From contig OZ024741.1 of NCBI GenBank assembly GCA_964016885.1, positions 336,474,001 to 336,538,000 of the forward strand: DNA of 64,000 nt. The letters are read 5' to 3'. The stretch comes from Eledone cirrhosa. Taxonomy: Eukaryota. The position numbers and the translations under genes are program-made. The notes under the pieces are model-generated. The model was not told the DNA's origin. It made no database searches and was given only the letters and a program-made list of their open reading frames with translations. Positions 1 through 12,160 of the stretch are shown here, piece by piece. Positions within the stretch are counted from its first letter, which is position 1. Every line of letters starts with the position of its first letter.

Positions 1-293
1 GGTTTATGCTAGCTATTATAAAATAAATAGCCACTGGTCAACTATTTTAATCTTCTTGAGAGAGATTTACTTTTATCCAGCTGAAGATTTAAATAATTTA
101 TTACACATTAAGTTAATTTTAATAGCAGAATAAAATAAAGTCATTGGTCAATAAAAATTTTTATCTTTAATAGTATCTTAATTAATTAGTGAGTTTAGAA
201 ATTGTTAACGATGCAGATTTTATTATATATATTTTTTGAATTTGAAATAGGTGATAATCATTTTCTTTATTGCATCAGTATTTTAGGTTCAAA

Positions 294-610
294 GGTGATG
301 AATTGGCAGAGTCAGAACGTTGGCTAGAATGTTTTGCTGTATTCATTTCGGCTTTCTGAGTTCAAATCTCACTGAGATCAACTTTGACTTTCATCCATTC
401 AAGTTCAATAAAAAAAAAAGTAGCTCTCTGGTACTGGGCTGGATTCTTTGTCTATATCTCTTTCTCATTTCCCTTCTCTCACTCTCTCTCCTTCTCTGAA
501 AGAAATCTCCTGTATTCAGACCTGGAGAGGAGATGAGCTCCATCGGGTTTTTAAAAATGCCCATGTCAATATACAGTCCCTATGGGAGTTACGGGATTGT
601 GCATGTATGC
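294..610 (+). mobile_element. Long tRNA-derived SINE variant (tRNA head, central domain, CT-rich linker, distinct 3' tail)
   Basis: A-box-like tggcagagtcag and B-box gagttcaaatct, then ctttcatcc..aataaaa. Tail 'cagacctggagaggagatgagctcc...gggagttacggga' recurs at about 19800-20137(-), 22260-22580(+), 35590-35730(-), 58180-58490(+) and 15895-15995(-). Confidence 0.65.
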
Positions 611-959
611 GTTTTAGGCTTATGAGTTGATAGCATGATAAGGCTGGGTATTAAAATGATAGGAGGATAAATAAGGTCCAACCCTAAGTTGTGGAAATGT
701 TGACCTCACAAACATGTTTAAAATTCCTACTGCCCCAAGGTTTGGAAATAGTGGTTTAGTAGAAATATGAGGGGGTGGATGACAAAGATTTGATAGAAGA
801 TGAAACAGAGAGAGAGGAGGTACAAAGATGGGAATATGATATTCTTAAACTGATTGCAAATAGGGTCATCATTTTCCATCTATTTTCCATACTAGCAGGA
901 TGTCCATACCATCCATCTTTCACATGGCTTCTACAGCTGAATGCTCTTTCTAATGCCAA

Positions 960-1550
960 CAACTTTACAGAGTGTGCTTGGTACATTTATTATTGTACCA
1001 GCACTACCACTTTACAGAGTGTATTGGGTGTATCTATCATGGCACCATCACTGCTATTTTACAGAATGTACAGGGTGAATTTATTGGGGCACCATCACTA
1101 CTATTTTACAGAATGTACTGGGTGTATTTCATAATGATACTAGCACTTCTACTTTACAGATGTATTTATCATGGCACTAGCACTACCAGTTTACAGAATT
1201 TACTGGGTGTATTTATCATGACACCAGCACTACCACTTTAGAGGGTGTACTGGGTGTATGTATCATGACACTAGCACTATTATTTTACAGAGTGTACCTG
1301 GGTGTATTTCTCATGACACTAGCACTGCTAGTTTACAGAATATACTAGGTGTATTTTATAATGACACTAGCACCACCATTTTACAAAGGTAACTGGATGT
1401 ATTTATGATGACACTAGCGTTACCACATTACAGTATGTGCTGGTTGTATTTATCATGGCACTCACACTACTACTTTACAGAGTCTACTGGGTGTATTTAT
1501 CATGACACTAACACTACCACTTTACAGAGTGTTGTAGGTGTATTTACTGC
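960..1550. repeat. About 44-bp minisatellite, roughly 13 copies
   Basis: Repeating unit tttacagagtgtactgggtgtatttatcatgacactagcactaccac. It starts directly after an RTE 3'-tail segment (ctacagctgaatgctctttctaatgccaac). Confidence 0.85.
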
Positions 1551-2279
1551 ATTATATGATACAAACAAATGAACAAACCCTTTTGACTTGTCTCACTAAA
1601 AAATTAGAAAAAAAAGAAATAATGTTTACATAAACCCCCTATAAAAAAAACCCTTATCTTTAAAGTTTATGTTTTTATTACACATCACATCTGTAATGTT
1701 AGTTTTATATTAATTATATATTAAATAGATTTGCCAAGAATATCAAGCAAGAATATTAATATAGTATTGGACTTACATTGACAGCTTCATCTCGTGACAA
1801 CATAAATCCATTATAAATATATTTGTGTATGTGTATATATGTCTGTATTTGCCTGGTTGTGTGTGAATGTTTAGTGTTTGCATGGTTGTGTGTATGTGTT
1901 TGCATGGTTGTGTATGTGTATGTGTGTGTATGTATGTGTTTGTGCATGTAGGGGTGTGTGAGTTTGTGTGTGAGTCTGTGTTTGCATGGTTGTATGTGTG
2001 CTTATGTGCATGTGTAAGGAATATGGCTTAGATTTCTCATGACATGTAGATCATAATACATTATTTATCTGCGATTCAGAACTTGAAATTTTTAAATCTC
2101 TTTACTCTGTGCTTCCTGCTGTGCAGTCATTAACTTTTAATGTCCCGTACCACATGAAACCACATTAGCAAGACATGCTTCAAAAGTATAAAACAGCACC
2201 ATGACTGCAACGCATTAAAAATTAAAGTCTTTACTTTGAATTAATGCAAAGATACTATAAACATTTGAATTAACAAATC

Positions 2280-2560
2280 ATCATCATCGTTTTTCCATGC
2301 TCACATGGGTTGGATGGTAACTTTTCAGCACAGCATCTCTCCACTCTTCACATTCCTTCATCATCTCCTCTGTGAATCTCAGTAATTTGGGATTAGCTTT
2401 CACTACCTTTGCCCAGGTCTTCCTTGGTTTACCTCTACTATGGCTTCCTTCCATTGGCATTTCTTTACCCAGTGATCATCATCACATGTCCATACCAAAA
2501 CAGTCTTTTCTCTTGCACACCAATTTGGATTCCTCTTAAACCCAATTTCTCCATCTGTTC
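2280..2560 (-). mobile_element. RTE LINE 3' fragment
   Basis: (CAT)n tail plus ttttccatgctcacatgggttgga. The minus strand encodes a degenerate RLFWYGHV..GRPRKTW region. Confidence 0.7.
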
Positions 2561-3059
2561 ATCTAGACTCTGCCTTTCTCTCACAAAATTATTCTTAGAT
2601 TTTTTTGCTGAATCATTGAAAAATGTTAGGAGCTAATACTGCAAATTTTTATAACAATCCCTCCACAAGTAAATATACTATAAACATTTAAATTAACAAA
2701 CCTGTATTTAAATATTTTTTGGCTAAATCATTACATGATGTTAAGTTAGAGAAAGCATCATTTCATTTCTAGATATGAAATATGCCTCTTGTATTAAATA
2801 AGAGTCACAATCACTGGTATGGGTATGGCGGTGTTTGGTTGAGTAGTCCACTTGTCCAAATATGAACAAGTGTCTTCTACTCTAGCCTCATATTAACCAC
2901 TGCATTGTGAATGAAAATTTGGTCATGCAAACTGTCTAAAACTCCATTTTATACACACATATATATATAAGAAAAGACTGACACAGGATCAAGATCATTG
3001 GCATTATGCAGTAATATAGAAGACATGCCTTCCCATGTGCCCAGACTCAAACTCTTAAC

Positions 3060-3320
3060 CACTATGCCCCCACCCACCTTACACTGTAAACAAAACATAG
3101 CCAGTCCACACTGTAGAGTGGTTGTGTAGGTGTCACAACAAAAAGCACCTAGCCCACACTGTAAATGTGGTTGGCATTATGAAGGGCATCCAGCCATAGA
3201 AACCTAGCTAGAAACAGTTCTATATGAGTAAGACACGTTCACCTGACCCACCTTGCTTCAAATGGGACAACATGTCTAACCTGTGCTAGTATGGAAAATG
3301 GACGCTAAATGATGATGATG
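3060..3320 (+). mobile_element. RTE 3'UTR fragment
   Basis: gaagggcatccagccatagaaa...gctagtatggaaaatggacgctaaatgatgatgatg, the same 3' end as the longer RTE copies. Confidence 0.7.
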
Positions 3321-3344
3321 ATATATATATATGTATATATTTAT

Positions 3345-4630
3345 ATCATCACCATTTAATATCCATTTTTCCACAATAGCATGGGTTAGACACAAGTTGT
3401 CCTGTTGTGAGATGAGCCAGGTCAGATGACCACGTCCTGCTCTTACAAAACTGATTTCAGCTTGGTTTCTACAGCTGGATGCCCTTCCTAATGCCAACCA
3501 CATTTATAGTGTGTACTGGGTGCTTTTTGTCGGGACACTTACATGACCAAGTTACAGTATGGACTGAGTGCTTTTTGTCATGACACCTACATGACCACTT
3601 TAAAATGTGGACTGGGCACTTTTTGTTGAGTCACCTACACAACCACCTTAAAGTGTGGGTTAGGCTTTTTGTCGTGACACCTACATGACCACTTTACAGT
3701 GTGGGTTGGACACTTTTTTGTCTTGTGACTATCACGACTCCTTCTCAGTGTGGGCTGGGAAGTGTGTGGGGATTGAGGAGCTGAATATAGGGATGGGGTG
3801 TTAGGACAAGGTAGGTGTATGGAGGTGAAGGTGGTGCATACTAGATGTATGTTTCAGCCTGTGCTCATGGGAAAGTAGGTCTCCTGTATTACTGCATAAG
3901 ACCAGAGATCTCTGTCATGTGTCATCACCTTTGAAAGGTGCAATTGGGCAAGGTCAGCTTTCATCACATCATCCCAATCTTTCCTGAGTCTTCCTCCTCC
4001 ATAGATTTCATCAAATTTGAGCACTCTGTACCTTTTATACAGCTGCCATCCTTCATACACATCACATACCAACACAATGTCCTCTCCTGCACACTGCAGC
4101 TAATCCCCCTTATGCCTAGTTTCTCCCTCAGTTCATTTATGCTTTGCTTTTCATGTATATTACTATTACACATCCATCAAAGCATGCAAGCGTCCTTTCT
4201 TTCCAATCTTCACAGATCCTCTGCACACAGAACCCATACCTCACTACTATACAATATTACTATTCATATGCATGCATCATACAGTCTGCCATTCATTTTG
4301 AAAAAAAAGCCTTTGTAGTTAGCAGCGGTAGTACACCCCGACCTACTTCCATCCTGTTCTCACTCTGGCTACTGTACTTTCAGAACACAGGCTTCTACTG
4401 CTAATTTGGTCATCCAGGTAGCAAAAGCTGACTACTGCTTCTACAGAACCTTCCAAATATTTGGTAGTGCTTGTTTCCGTGGTGGTTTGCTACTTACTAT
4501 TCCTGGGCAACAGCCACAAGTAAAACCTATATTCTTAGCTAAACTACCTGAGATCCCACTACATCTCTTGTGTACCCATAGTTTGCATTTGGGATAGAGG
4601 ATTGAATTTCTACCTCCACCTTTCCTACAC
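3345..4630 (-). mobile_element. 5'-truncated, degenerate RTE LINE (ORF remnant, 3'UTR and internal 43-bp repeats)
   Basis: Frameshifted ORF pieces CRKGGGRNSILYPKCKLWVHKRCSG and MCNSNIHEKQSINELREKLGIRGI..LCWY, homologous to 28180-28959; 3'UTR and CAT tail near 3345. Confidence 0.85.
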
Positions 4631-4807
4631 ATACACGCACACACATATATATATGCCTGAATACATCATCTCAGTACAGCATCTCGCCACTTGTGTTCTT
4701 TTATCATCACTTCCATGAGCTTCAGCGATCTGAGATCAGCTCTCATCACTTTCATCCAGGTCTTCCTCTACTGTGGCTTCCTTCCACTGAGATAAAACAG
4801 TCCATTT

Positions 4808-5252
4808 TAACCCTCTTTATACCAACCTACCCAAAATTACTTCTTGCTTCATGAGACAAGTCCATCTACATTAATGGATTCTTATCTAAATTAAAATTTC
4901 CCCACATAATTTGATGTGAGAACCTTTTGTTAAATTAAAACTTCTGTCTAAATAATGAAATAAATAATGATTTTAGTAAATTCATCCTAGTATTTCATTA
5001 ATTAAGTTAATTCAAATACTGTGTATTTCATTAGAAAATATGCTAGCAAAAATGTTAAAGTGTTCATATCTAAATTAAAACCTTCCATCATAACTTCATG
5101 TATGAACTCTGTTGTCAGGTTCTTAACACCAGCATAATGAAAAGGTTATTTTATTAAAACCTTCCAAATTATCATTATTTTTTCTCCTTTTCAAATTCTA
5201 GTTCAACACATTCTCTGTATTTCATATAAAATATGTCCATAAAAGAGTTAAT
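4808..5252. mobile_element. piggyBac-like non-autonomous element (TTAA-flanked), degenerate
   Basis: Starts ttaaccctct.. and ends ..aaaagagttaa, with internal AT-rich subrepeats. Relatives at about 13282-13620, 23309-23602 and 31647-32047(-). Confidence 0.5.
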
Positions 5253-5374
5253 TATTATGAGAATCTATGACAGTTTCTTCTTTAGAATTTCTCTATTTAT
5301 ATATGTTAATTTTATCTATCACAAATATTACAGTTACTACTTAAAACTATCTCTTTTTGACTGCCATTATGTTT

Positions 5375-5556
5375 TGGATTGGCAATATCGGTAAGGGTCG
5401 GACGCCATGCTTTGAAGCATAGAGTTACCTCCCTTTATGATCTGAGTTCAAATCCCGCCGAGGTTAACTTTGCCTTTCATCCTTACAGGGTCGATAAAAT
5501 AAAGTGCCAGTAATGCATGGGATAATTGCTGGCCTTGTGCCAAAAGTAGAAACAAT
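5375..5556 (+). mobile_element. tRNA-derived SINE (main family, Nin/Deu-like central domain)
   Basis: ggattggcaatatcggtaa (A box), gagttcaaatccc (B box), gcctttcatccttacagggtcgataaaataaagt, tail ttgctggccttgtgccaaaagtagaaacaatt. Confidence 0.85.
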
Positions 5557-6240
5557 TATGTTTATAAATCTTTAGATATACGAAATTCACATACATATTT
5601 GTATACAGCTATGTCAAAGCTACATTCTAATTATATATGTGTGTGTGTATATATATATATATATATTTATTAAAATAACAGATTAAAGTTTAAGCAAAGA
5701 ATCGCTGCTTTCACCCTTAACGGGATCTTCTGAAACTAAAAAAATCAATCTGTGAACGCAGAAGCAAATATTTCGAAAAACGTTGCAACCAAAGGAAAAC
5801 AGGAAGATGATGCTTTGGTTCGTGGAGACGTTCCCTAGCAATGAATGGAAAAAAAGCAAAGACAAAATCATGTTCATGGTATAAATGAAGTCGTAGAATA
5901 AAATTCTATTTAGGTTGTTCGTCGAGACGTTCCATGGCAATGAACGGGGAAAAAAGCGAAGATAATACGTCATTATGTGGAGCGATGAGAACAATTACAT
6001 GCAAAGACAAAACCACGTTTATGGTATAACTGAAGTCGTAGACTAAAATTCTATTTAGGAAACTGAATGATTCTCGGCTTCAGAGTAAAGAATAATGTAA
6101 ATAAATTACGGTTCTTATATATTTGATATATATTTATCCTTATCACGCCCTCTTTGGATTTTAGTCTTCAAATTTATTATTATTACTAGTCTTCAAATTT
6201 ATTATTATTACTATATATATATATATATATACTAAAAACA

Positions 6241-7785
6241 TTGGGAAAAGTAAAACACATATTCAATCTGGCAGTACAGAACGGAGCCACGCTCGTTGAC
6301 TGCTGCAGCAATACAATCCTAAATTGTCACATGGGCAAAAGTGAAACTCTAGAAAGGAACAACAACAGAGGTATACAACTAATGGATCAAGTTATGAAAG
6401 TGATAGAAAGAGATATACTGCAGTTAATTAGGGAAATAGTAAAATTAGATGAGTTGCAGTTTGGTTACATGCCTGGGAAAAGTACTACAGATGTCCTCGT
6501 TTTAGTGAGGCAACTACAAGAGAAGTTCTTAGTCATGAATTAGTCACTATAGTTAGCTTTTGTTGATCTAGAAAAGACCTTTGACAGAGTACCTTGATCC
6601 ATTATCTGGTGGTCTTTATGGAAATTAGATATAGAAGAATGGTTTGTGAGAACAGTGCAAGTTATGTATAGAAGAGCTGTCAGTAAAGTGAGAGTAGGAA
6701 GTGAGTTTAGTGAGGAATTCAAGGTACAGGTGGGAGTTCATCAAGGTTCGGTTCTTAGCTCACTGCTCTTCATCATAGTCCTTCAGGCTATAACAGAGGA
6801 GTTTAAAACTGGCTGTCCTTGGGGACTTCTCTATGCAGATGGTTTGGTTTTTATAACTAAATCCATAAAAGAACTGTAAAATAAGTTCTGGCTATGTAAA
6901 CGAAATTTGGAATTCAGAGTAAATTCAGCCAAAACTAAAGTATTAGTGAATAGGAAAGAAGATAAGACCTTGATTCCTCCAGGGAAGTGGCCCTGCTCCA
7001 TATGTAGAAAGGGAGTAAGCATAAATTCCATATGGTGTACACAATGTAAAACTTGAGTACATAAGAGATGTAGTGGGAGAATGGGTAGACTAACAGGATG
7101 GGAAGACTTTGTATGTAAAAGATGCACAGGAATAATTGAGGGAAAGAGCGTCAGTGATATAAACCTCTTCAAATCAGAGAAATGGTCCATCGAAGTGGTT
7201 GATAGCTTCTGCTATCTAGGTGCCTTAATTTGCAGCAGAGGAGGGTGCTCTGAAAGCATAATAGCTTGGATATGGATAGCATGGAAGAAGTTTAGAGAGC
7301 TACACCTACTGTTGATAACAAAAGGTTTCTCACTATGTACAAAAGGATGACTGTATGATGTGAAGTGCAATACTGCATGGTAATGAAACATGGGCAGTGA
7401 CTGCAGAAGAGATGTGTAGTCTAGGGATAAATGAAGCAGCCATGCTTTGTTGCATGTGCAATGTAAGTGTGAGAAAAATGCAGAGCTTGAATTAACAGAG
7501 GGAGAAACTAGATTTAAGATGAATCTGAGGTGATGTGCATGAGAGAAGACTGTGCATGGATGATGACTGATAGATGAAGAAATGTCATGAAATGCCCATG
7601 GAAGTAAGTCACAATAGAGATAGATCAAGAAATACCTGGGCTTAGGTGGTGAGAGCTGACCTAAAATAGCTTTGACTCCCAAAGGAGTTGATGAAGAAAC
7701 AAGGCGAGTGGCATTATGCTGTACTGGCAAGGACCTGTCCAACCCATGCAAGCATGGAAAAATGGACGTAAATATGATGAAATGA
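6241..7785 (+). pseudogene. RTE-clade LINE ORF remnant (RT, PHD-like finger, C-terminus), with several stops and frameshifts
   Basis: NNRGIQLMDQVMKVIER, QFGYMPGKSTTD, FVDLEKTFDRVP, GVHQGSVLS, LLYADG (YADD-derived), WPCSICRKG..VHKRCSG, VDSFCYLG; 3' end aacccatgcaagcatggaaaaatggacgtaaatatgatga. Confidence 0.92.
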
Positions 7786-7863
7786 TGAGATACACACACT
7801 CACATATATATACATACACACACACATATATATATATATATGTATATATATAGACACACACAC

Positions 7864-7902
<39 letters not shown>

Positions 7903-8127
7903 ACAAAAAATATGTAGGACAGAACAATGGAGAGACACAAAAAAAATTGGTCACAGAATGTGTGACAAAAGAGCTTTGAAAATAAACAAATAAAGAACCA
8001 TCAAGTTAGTAGACTAAACTAACCAACTGGATGTTTATGATAAATTGAAATGAAAACCAACAGGTACGTGTTTTCATTGGCAGCAGCATGACCTTCCCAA
8101 AGTAAAACAATGTATGTGTTTGTGTGT

Positions 8128-9411
8128 CATCATCATCATCATCATCATCGTTTAACATCCATCTTCCATGCTAGCATGGGCTTGGACGGGAATTTTCCCA
8201 CTTGAGGCAAGATTGGTTGTCTTGCTCGTATAGGACTGTCTGGTGGGTTTTCTACGGCTGGATGCTCTTCCTAACACCAACCACGTTTACAGTGTGGACT
8301 GGGAGGTTTTTACCGTGTCACCTACATGGCCACATTACAACGTGGACTGTGTGTTTTTTGTTGTGACACCTACACGACCTCATGTATTTAGGACTGGATA
8401 TTGTGGTACCAACATAACTTTACTTCGAAAGGGGTGGTGTGGATGGGGTGGGGGTAGTGGGACGGGGGTGTATTTTGGCTAAGAGGTGCCTACTGGCTGT
8501 AGGTTTTGCTTTGTACTTAGGCAAGGCGGGTCTTCTGTATTACTGCATAGGCGCCAAAGATCTCGGTCCAGTGACATTGTCTTGGAGAGGTGTAAGTGTG
8601 TGAGGTTGGAATTTATCAAGTCGTCCCAGCTTTTTCTGGGTCTGCCTACTCCGTGGCTACCGTCTATTTTGATCGCCCTGCATGTTTTTATACAGCTGTC
8701 GTCTTTCATGCGCATCACGTGTCCATACCAACGTAGCCTTCTCTCGAGTAAACAACATCTGATCCCTCTTATCTCTAATTTATTCCTTAGTTCATTTATG
8801 CTTTGCCGTTCACGTATATTACTATTACACATCCAACGGAGCATGCAAGCTTCGTTCCTCTCCAGTCTGCGTAGATCCTCTGCACACAATGCCCAGGTCT
8901 CACTGCCATGTAACATAGCTGTTCGTATGCAGGCATCATACAGCCTGCCTTTCATTTTTAGGGAGAACCCTTTAGCGGCCAATAGTAGTATAAGCTCTCT
9001 GAACTTTTTCCATCCAGTTCTGACTCTAGCTACTGTACTTTCAAAGCCCCCTCCACCACCGCTGATTTTGTCACCCAGGTAACGGAAGGTGTCCACTATT
9101 TCTATAGAACCATCTGTGCAATGGAATGAACTAGTATTCTGTGGGCACTTGCTGCTACTTATTGCACCAGAGCACCGGCCACATATAAAATCTATATTCT
9201 TAGTAAGCTTACCTGTGATCCCACAACATCTTTTATGCACCCATACTTTGCATTTGGGACATAACATGGAGTTTCTGCCTACTTCTTTCCTACACACTGA
9301 GCATGGCCATTTCCCAGAGAGGACCTGTGCCCTATTTTCCTTCCTACATACTAGAACTTTAGTCTTAGACAGGTTAATTTTAAGGCCTTTTGATTCTTGG
9401 CCATGCTTCCA
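8128..9411 (-). mobile_element. 5'-truncated young RTE LINE with open ORF2 C-terminal half (8479-9400)
   Basis: Uninterrupted frame: INLSKTKVLV, WPCSVCRK..CPKCKVWVHKRC, IVDTFRYLG, MLHGSETW, RRLRWYGHV, GRPRKSW; 3'UTR and (CAT)n tail at 8128-8150. Confidence 0.93.
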
Positions 9412-9414
9412 TGT

Positions 9415-9445
<31 letters not shown>

Positions 9446-9679
9446 TATGCATGTGTGTGTGTAACATATAAATATATATATATATATATATGCAAAATGC
9501 AAATAGAAACAACAAAGCAAATGACACAGTCCATTCAAGTTGCCATCTCCAGGAAAACTGTTGATGCTGGTGTTTTGTGTAAGATAATCATGTTTTAAAA
9601 GGTGGTGATCGAGTGCATCTATCTGAAACAGAATATATGTATTTATATCTTTATGTATATATGTATATATAAACACCAG

Positions 9680-10270
9680 GACTCAATTTCAGTGTAAGAC
9701 TGGCTCAGATTAGGAAAGTTAAGACTAAAAAGATATTAGATGCTGAATTTACTGACAACATAGATCTGATGACATACACAGTGAAAGAGGCTGAGGAGTT
9801 GATGTGATAGGTAGAGATTGTGTCGATGATTGTGAGGCTGAGAATGAATGAGAGTAAGAGGAAGTATCTAGTGGAGAACATCAAGGACCCAGAGAAGATT
9901 ATGAATGTGGGTAGGAAGCTGTTAGAGTTGGTTGAGGACTTTCTGTATCTGGGAGCAAAGATTAGGAACACAGAGGTTGATGTAGTGGAGAGCAAGAGCA
10001 AAGCCTAGGTGGTGTGTCACAGTTTGAGGTTGGTATGGAAGTCAGATCTCCATAAAAACTTGAGGATCCGTCTTTTCATCACTACAGTGGAGTCTGTGCT
10101 GCTGTACAGGTATGAGACTTGGACACTAACCAAGAGTCACACACAGATGGTGGATGGATGCTACATGAGGATGCTTAGGCTGGCTCTGAACATTAAGCAG
10201 TATGCACTGAGGATGAAGAACTCAAAGCTGTATTGGAGCCTCCCAAAAGTCAGCTCGGAAGTGACACAGA
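9680..10270 (+). mobile_element. Degenerate non-LTR retrotransposon RT C-terminal fragment (second, RTE-like family)
   Basis: LDAEFTDNIDL (FADD-like), LVEDFLYLGA, ESVLLYRYETWTLT, DGCYMRMLRLALNI, with in-frame stops. Confidence 0.75.
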
Positions 10271-10701
10271 GAACACCCGCCTTCCCTTACATATAAAGTT
10301 AAGCCTACAGTCAGTAAGCACCTCTTAACTAAATATACACCCCACCCACTACCCCTACTCCATCCTCCCACTTCCACCCACACCACCCTTTCTCTGTAAA
10401 ATTATGTTGGTACCACAGAACATCCAGTCCATACTGTAAAGTGGTTGTGCAGGTGTCACGACAAAAAGCACCTAGTCCACGCTGTAAAGTGGCCATGTAG
10501 GAGACTCAGTAAAAAGGTGCTCAGTCCACATTGTAAATGTGGTTGGTGTTAAGAAAGGCATCCAGCCATAGAAAACCTGCCAGATACAGTTCTATATGAG
10601 TGAGACATGGTCACATGGTCACTTGACCAATCCTGCCTCAAGTGGGACAATCCCGTCTAACTCATGCTAGTGTGGAAGTTGGACGTTAAACGATGATGAT
10701 G
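10270..10701 (+). mobile_element. RTE 3'UTR fragment
   Basis: Matches the reverse complement of 8130-8530 and ends ggacgttaaacgatgatgatgat. Confidence 0.8.
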
Positions 10702-10798
10702 ATATATATAACTAAATTGAATAAAGATTTGTTTGGGAAATTACAGACACATGCTATATTGCCTGTAATGAAGCTCAAGGATAAATTCTGAGCTCTTA

Positions 10799-10856
10799 AT
10801 AATATAAATTCAAAAGCAAATGACATACATGTCATTTGCTTTTGAATTTATATTAT
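10799..10856. repeat. Perfect 28-bp hairpin with 2-nt loop
   Basis: ataatataaattcaaaagcaaatgacat-ac-atgtcatttgcttttgaatttatattat. Confidence 0.9.
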
Positions 10857-10958
10857 ATATCTGAGTGTGTGTGTGTGTGTGTATATATATATCTGTATAT
10901 ATATATATATATATATACATAATATATAAGATCAAAAGATGGTTAAAAGAGTTCCATG

Positions 10959-11029
10959 TATTTTATTATGCGCATTTCAAAAACAAATATCATCATGCAA
11001 TAATATTTGTGTTTTCATCAGATAAAATA
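10959..11029 (-). ncRNA. Minimal type I hammerhead ribozyme (mirror copy)
   Basis: Exact reverse complement of 11155-11225. Confidence 0.85.
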
Positions 11030-11154
11030 GGAAGACATGATATGAAGGTTAAAAAACACTTGTGAATAGCGCAGTTTTGAATCAACATATGTTTTATGTT
11101 GATTCAAAACTGCACTATTCACAAGTGTTTTTTAACCTTCATATCATGTCTTCC

Positions 11155-11225
11155 TATTTTATCTGATGAAAACACAAATATTATTGCATGATGATATTTG
11201 TTTTTGAAATGCGCATAATAAAATA
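11155..11225 (+). ncRNA. Minimal type I hammerhead ribozyme
   Basis: Stem I tattttat/ataaaata; CTGATGA 11163-69; long stem II (acaaatat..atatttgt); GAAA 11206-09; palindromic stem III A-tgcgca-T; AUA cleavage site. Confidence 0.87.
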
Positions 11226-11348
11226 CATGGAACTCTTTTAACCATCTTTTGATCTTATATATTATGTATACTCCAGTCCTACAAACTGTAGAGTGCTTCT
11301 TATCCGATATCTGCATTGCTTTATTGTACTACAATAAAACTCACCTCC

Positions 11349-11417
<69 letters not shown>

Positions 11418-11422
11418 ATATA

Positions 11423-11491
<69 letters not shown>

Positions 11492-12120
11492 ATATCTGTG
11501 TATATATGTGTATATATGTGTATATATGTGTATATATATATATATATGCACACACAAACATAAACATCATATTCATCATGATTTTACATCTGTTTTCCAT
11601 GCTTGCATGGCTTGGATGGGTCTTCCCTCTAGCATAGCATCTTACCACATATTCTGATCTCCTGTTATCATCTTGCAGAAGTTTAGCAATCTGAGATCAG
11701 CCTTCTCCACATCTCGTGTCTTCCTTTGTCTTCCACTTGGTGATTCACACACACACACTCGCACATGCACACTGATACCCACACACTCCCACACCCCACA
11801 CACCCTCACACTACATATACATACACACTCACACATATACACATATGCACTATTTGGAATAAAAGGAACATATACACATATCTGTTCTGTTTCATGTATA
11901 TGCAAAATTATACGATTTTCGCCCTAAGGGGGGGGGGGATGGTGAACGTTATATTTTCACTTTACTGTTGTATGGAGATACACTCACATTTATTCCCTCC
12001 CCTCACATAAATATATATATATATATCCTTTGCCACTGCCTATATTTTCACTTTGCTATCTATAGATAGGCATATATTCACACACATGCATATATATATA
12101 TATATGCATGTGTGCATTGG

Positions 12121-12160
<40 letters not shown>

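Larger units (their letters stand above)
10914..11270. repeat. Near-perfect palindrome, 176-bp arms and 5-nt loop
   Basis: 10914-11089 is the reverse complement of 11095-11270 with one mismatch. The ORF track shows the same peptide on both strands. Confidence 0.95.

Noticed and set aside
1770-1830. Minus-strand exon candidate ending in GTAAGT (KYIYNGFMLSRDEAVN)
   Set aside because: No acceptor, it runs into microsatellite, and the peptide is not recognisable.
5375-5460. tRNA genes at A/B-box motifs
   Set aside because: No cloverleaf; always followed by the SINE body.
8486-9598. Plus-strand ORFs of 198 and 169 aa (also 28460-29035 and 7212-7799)
   Set aside because: Antisense frames of RTE ORFs.
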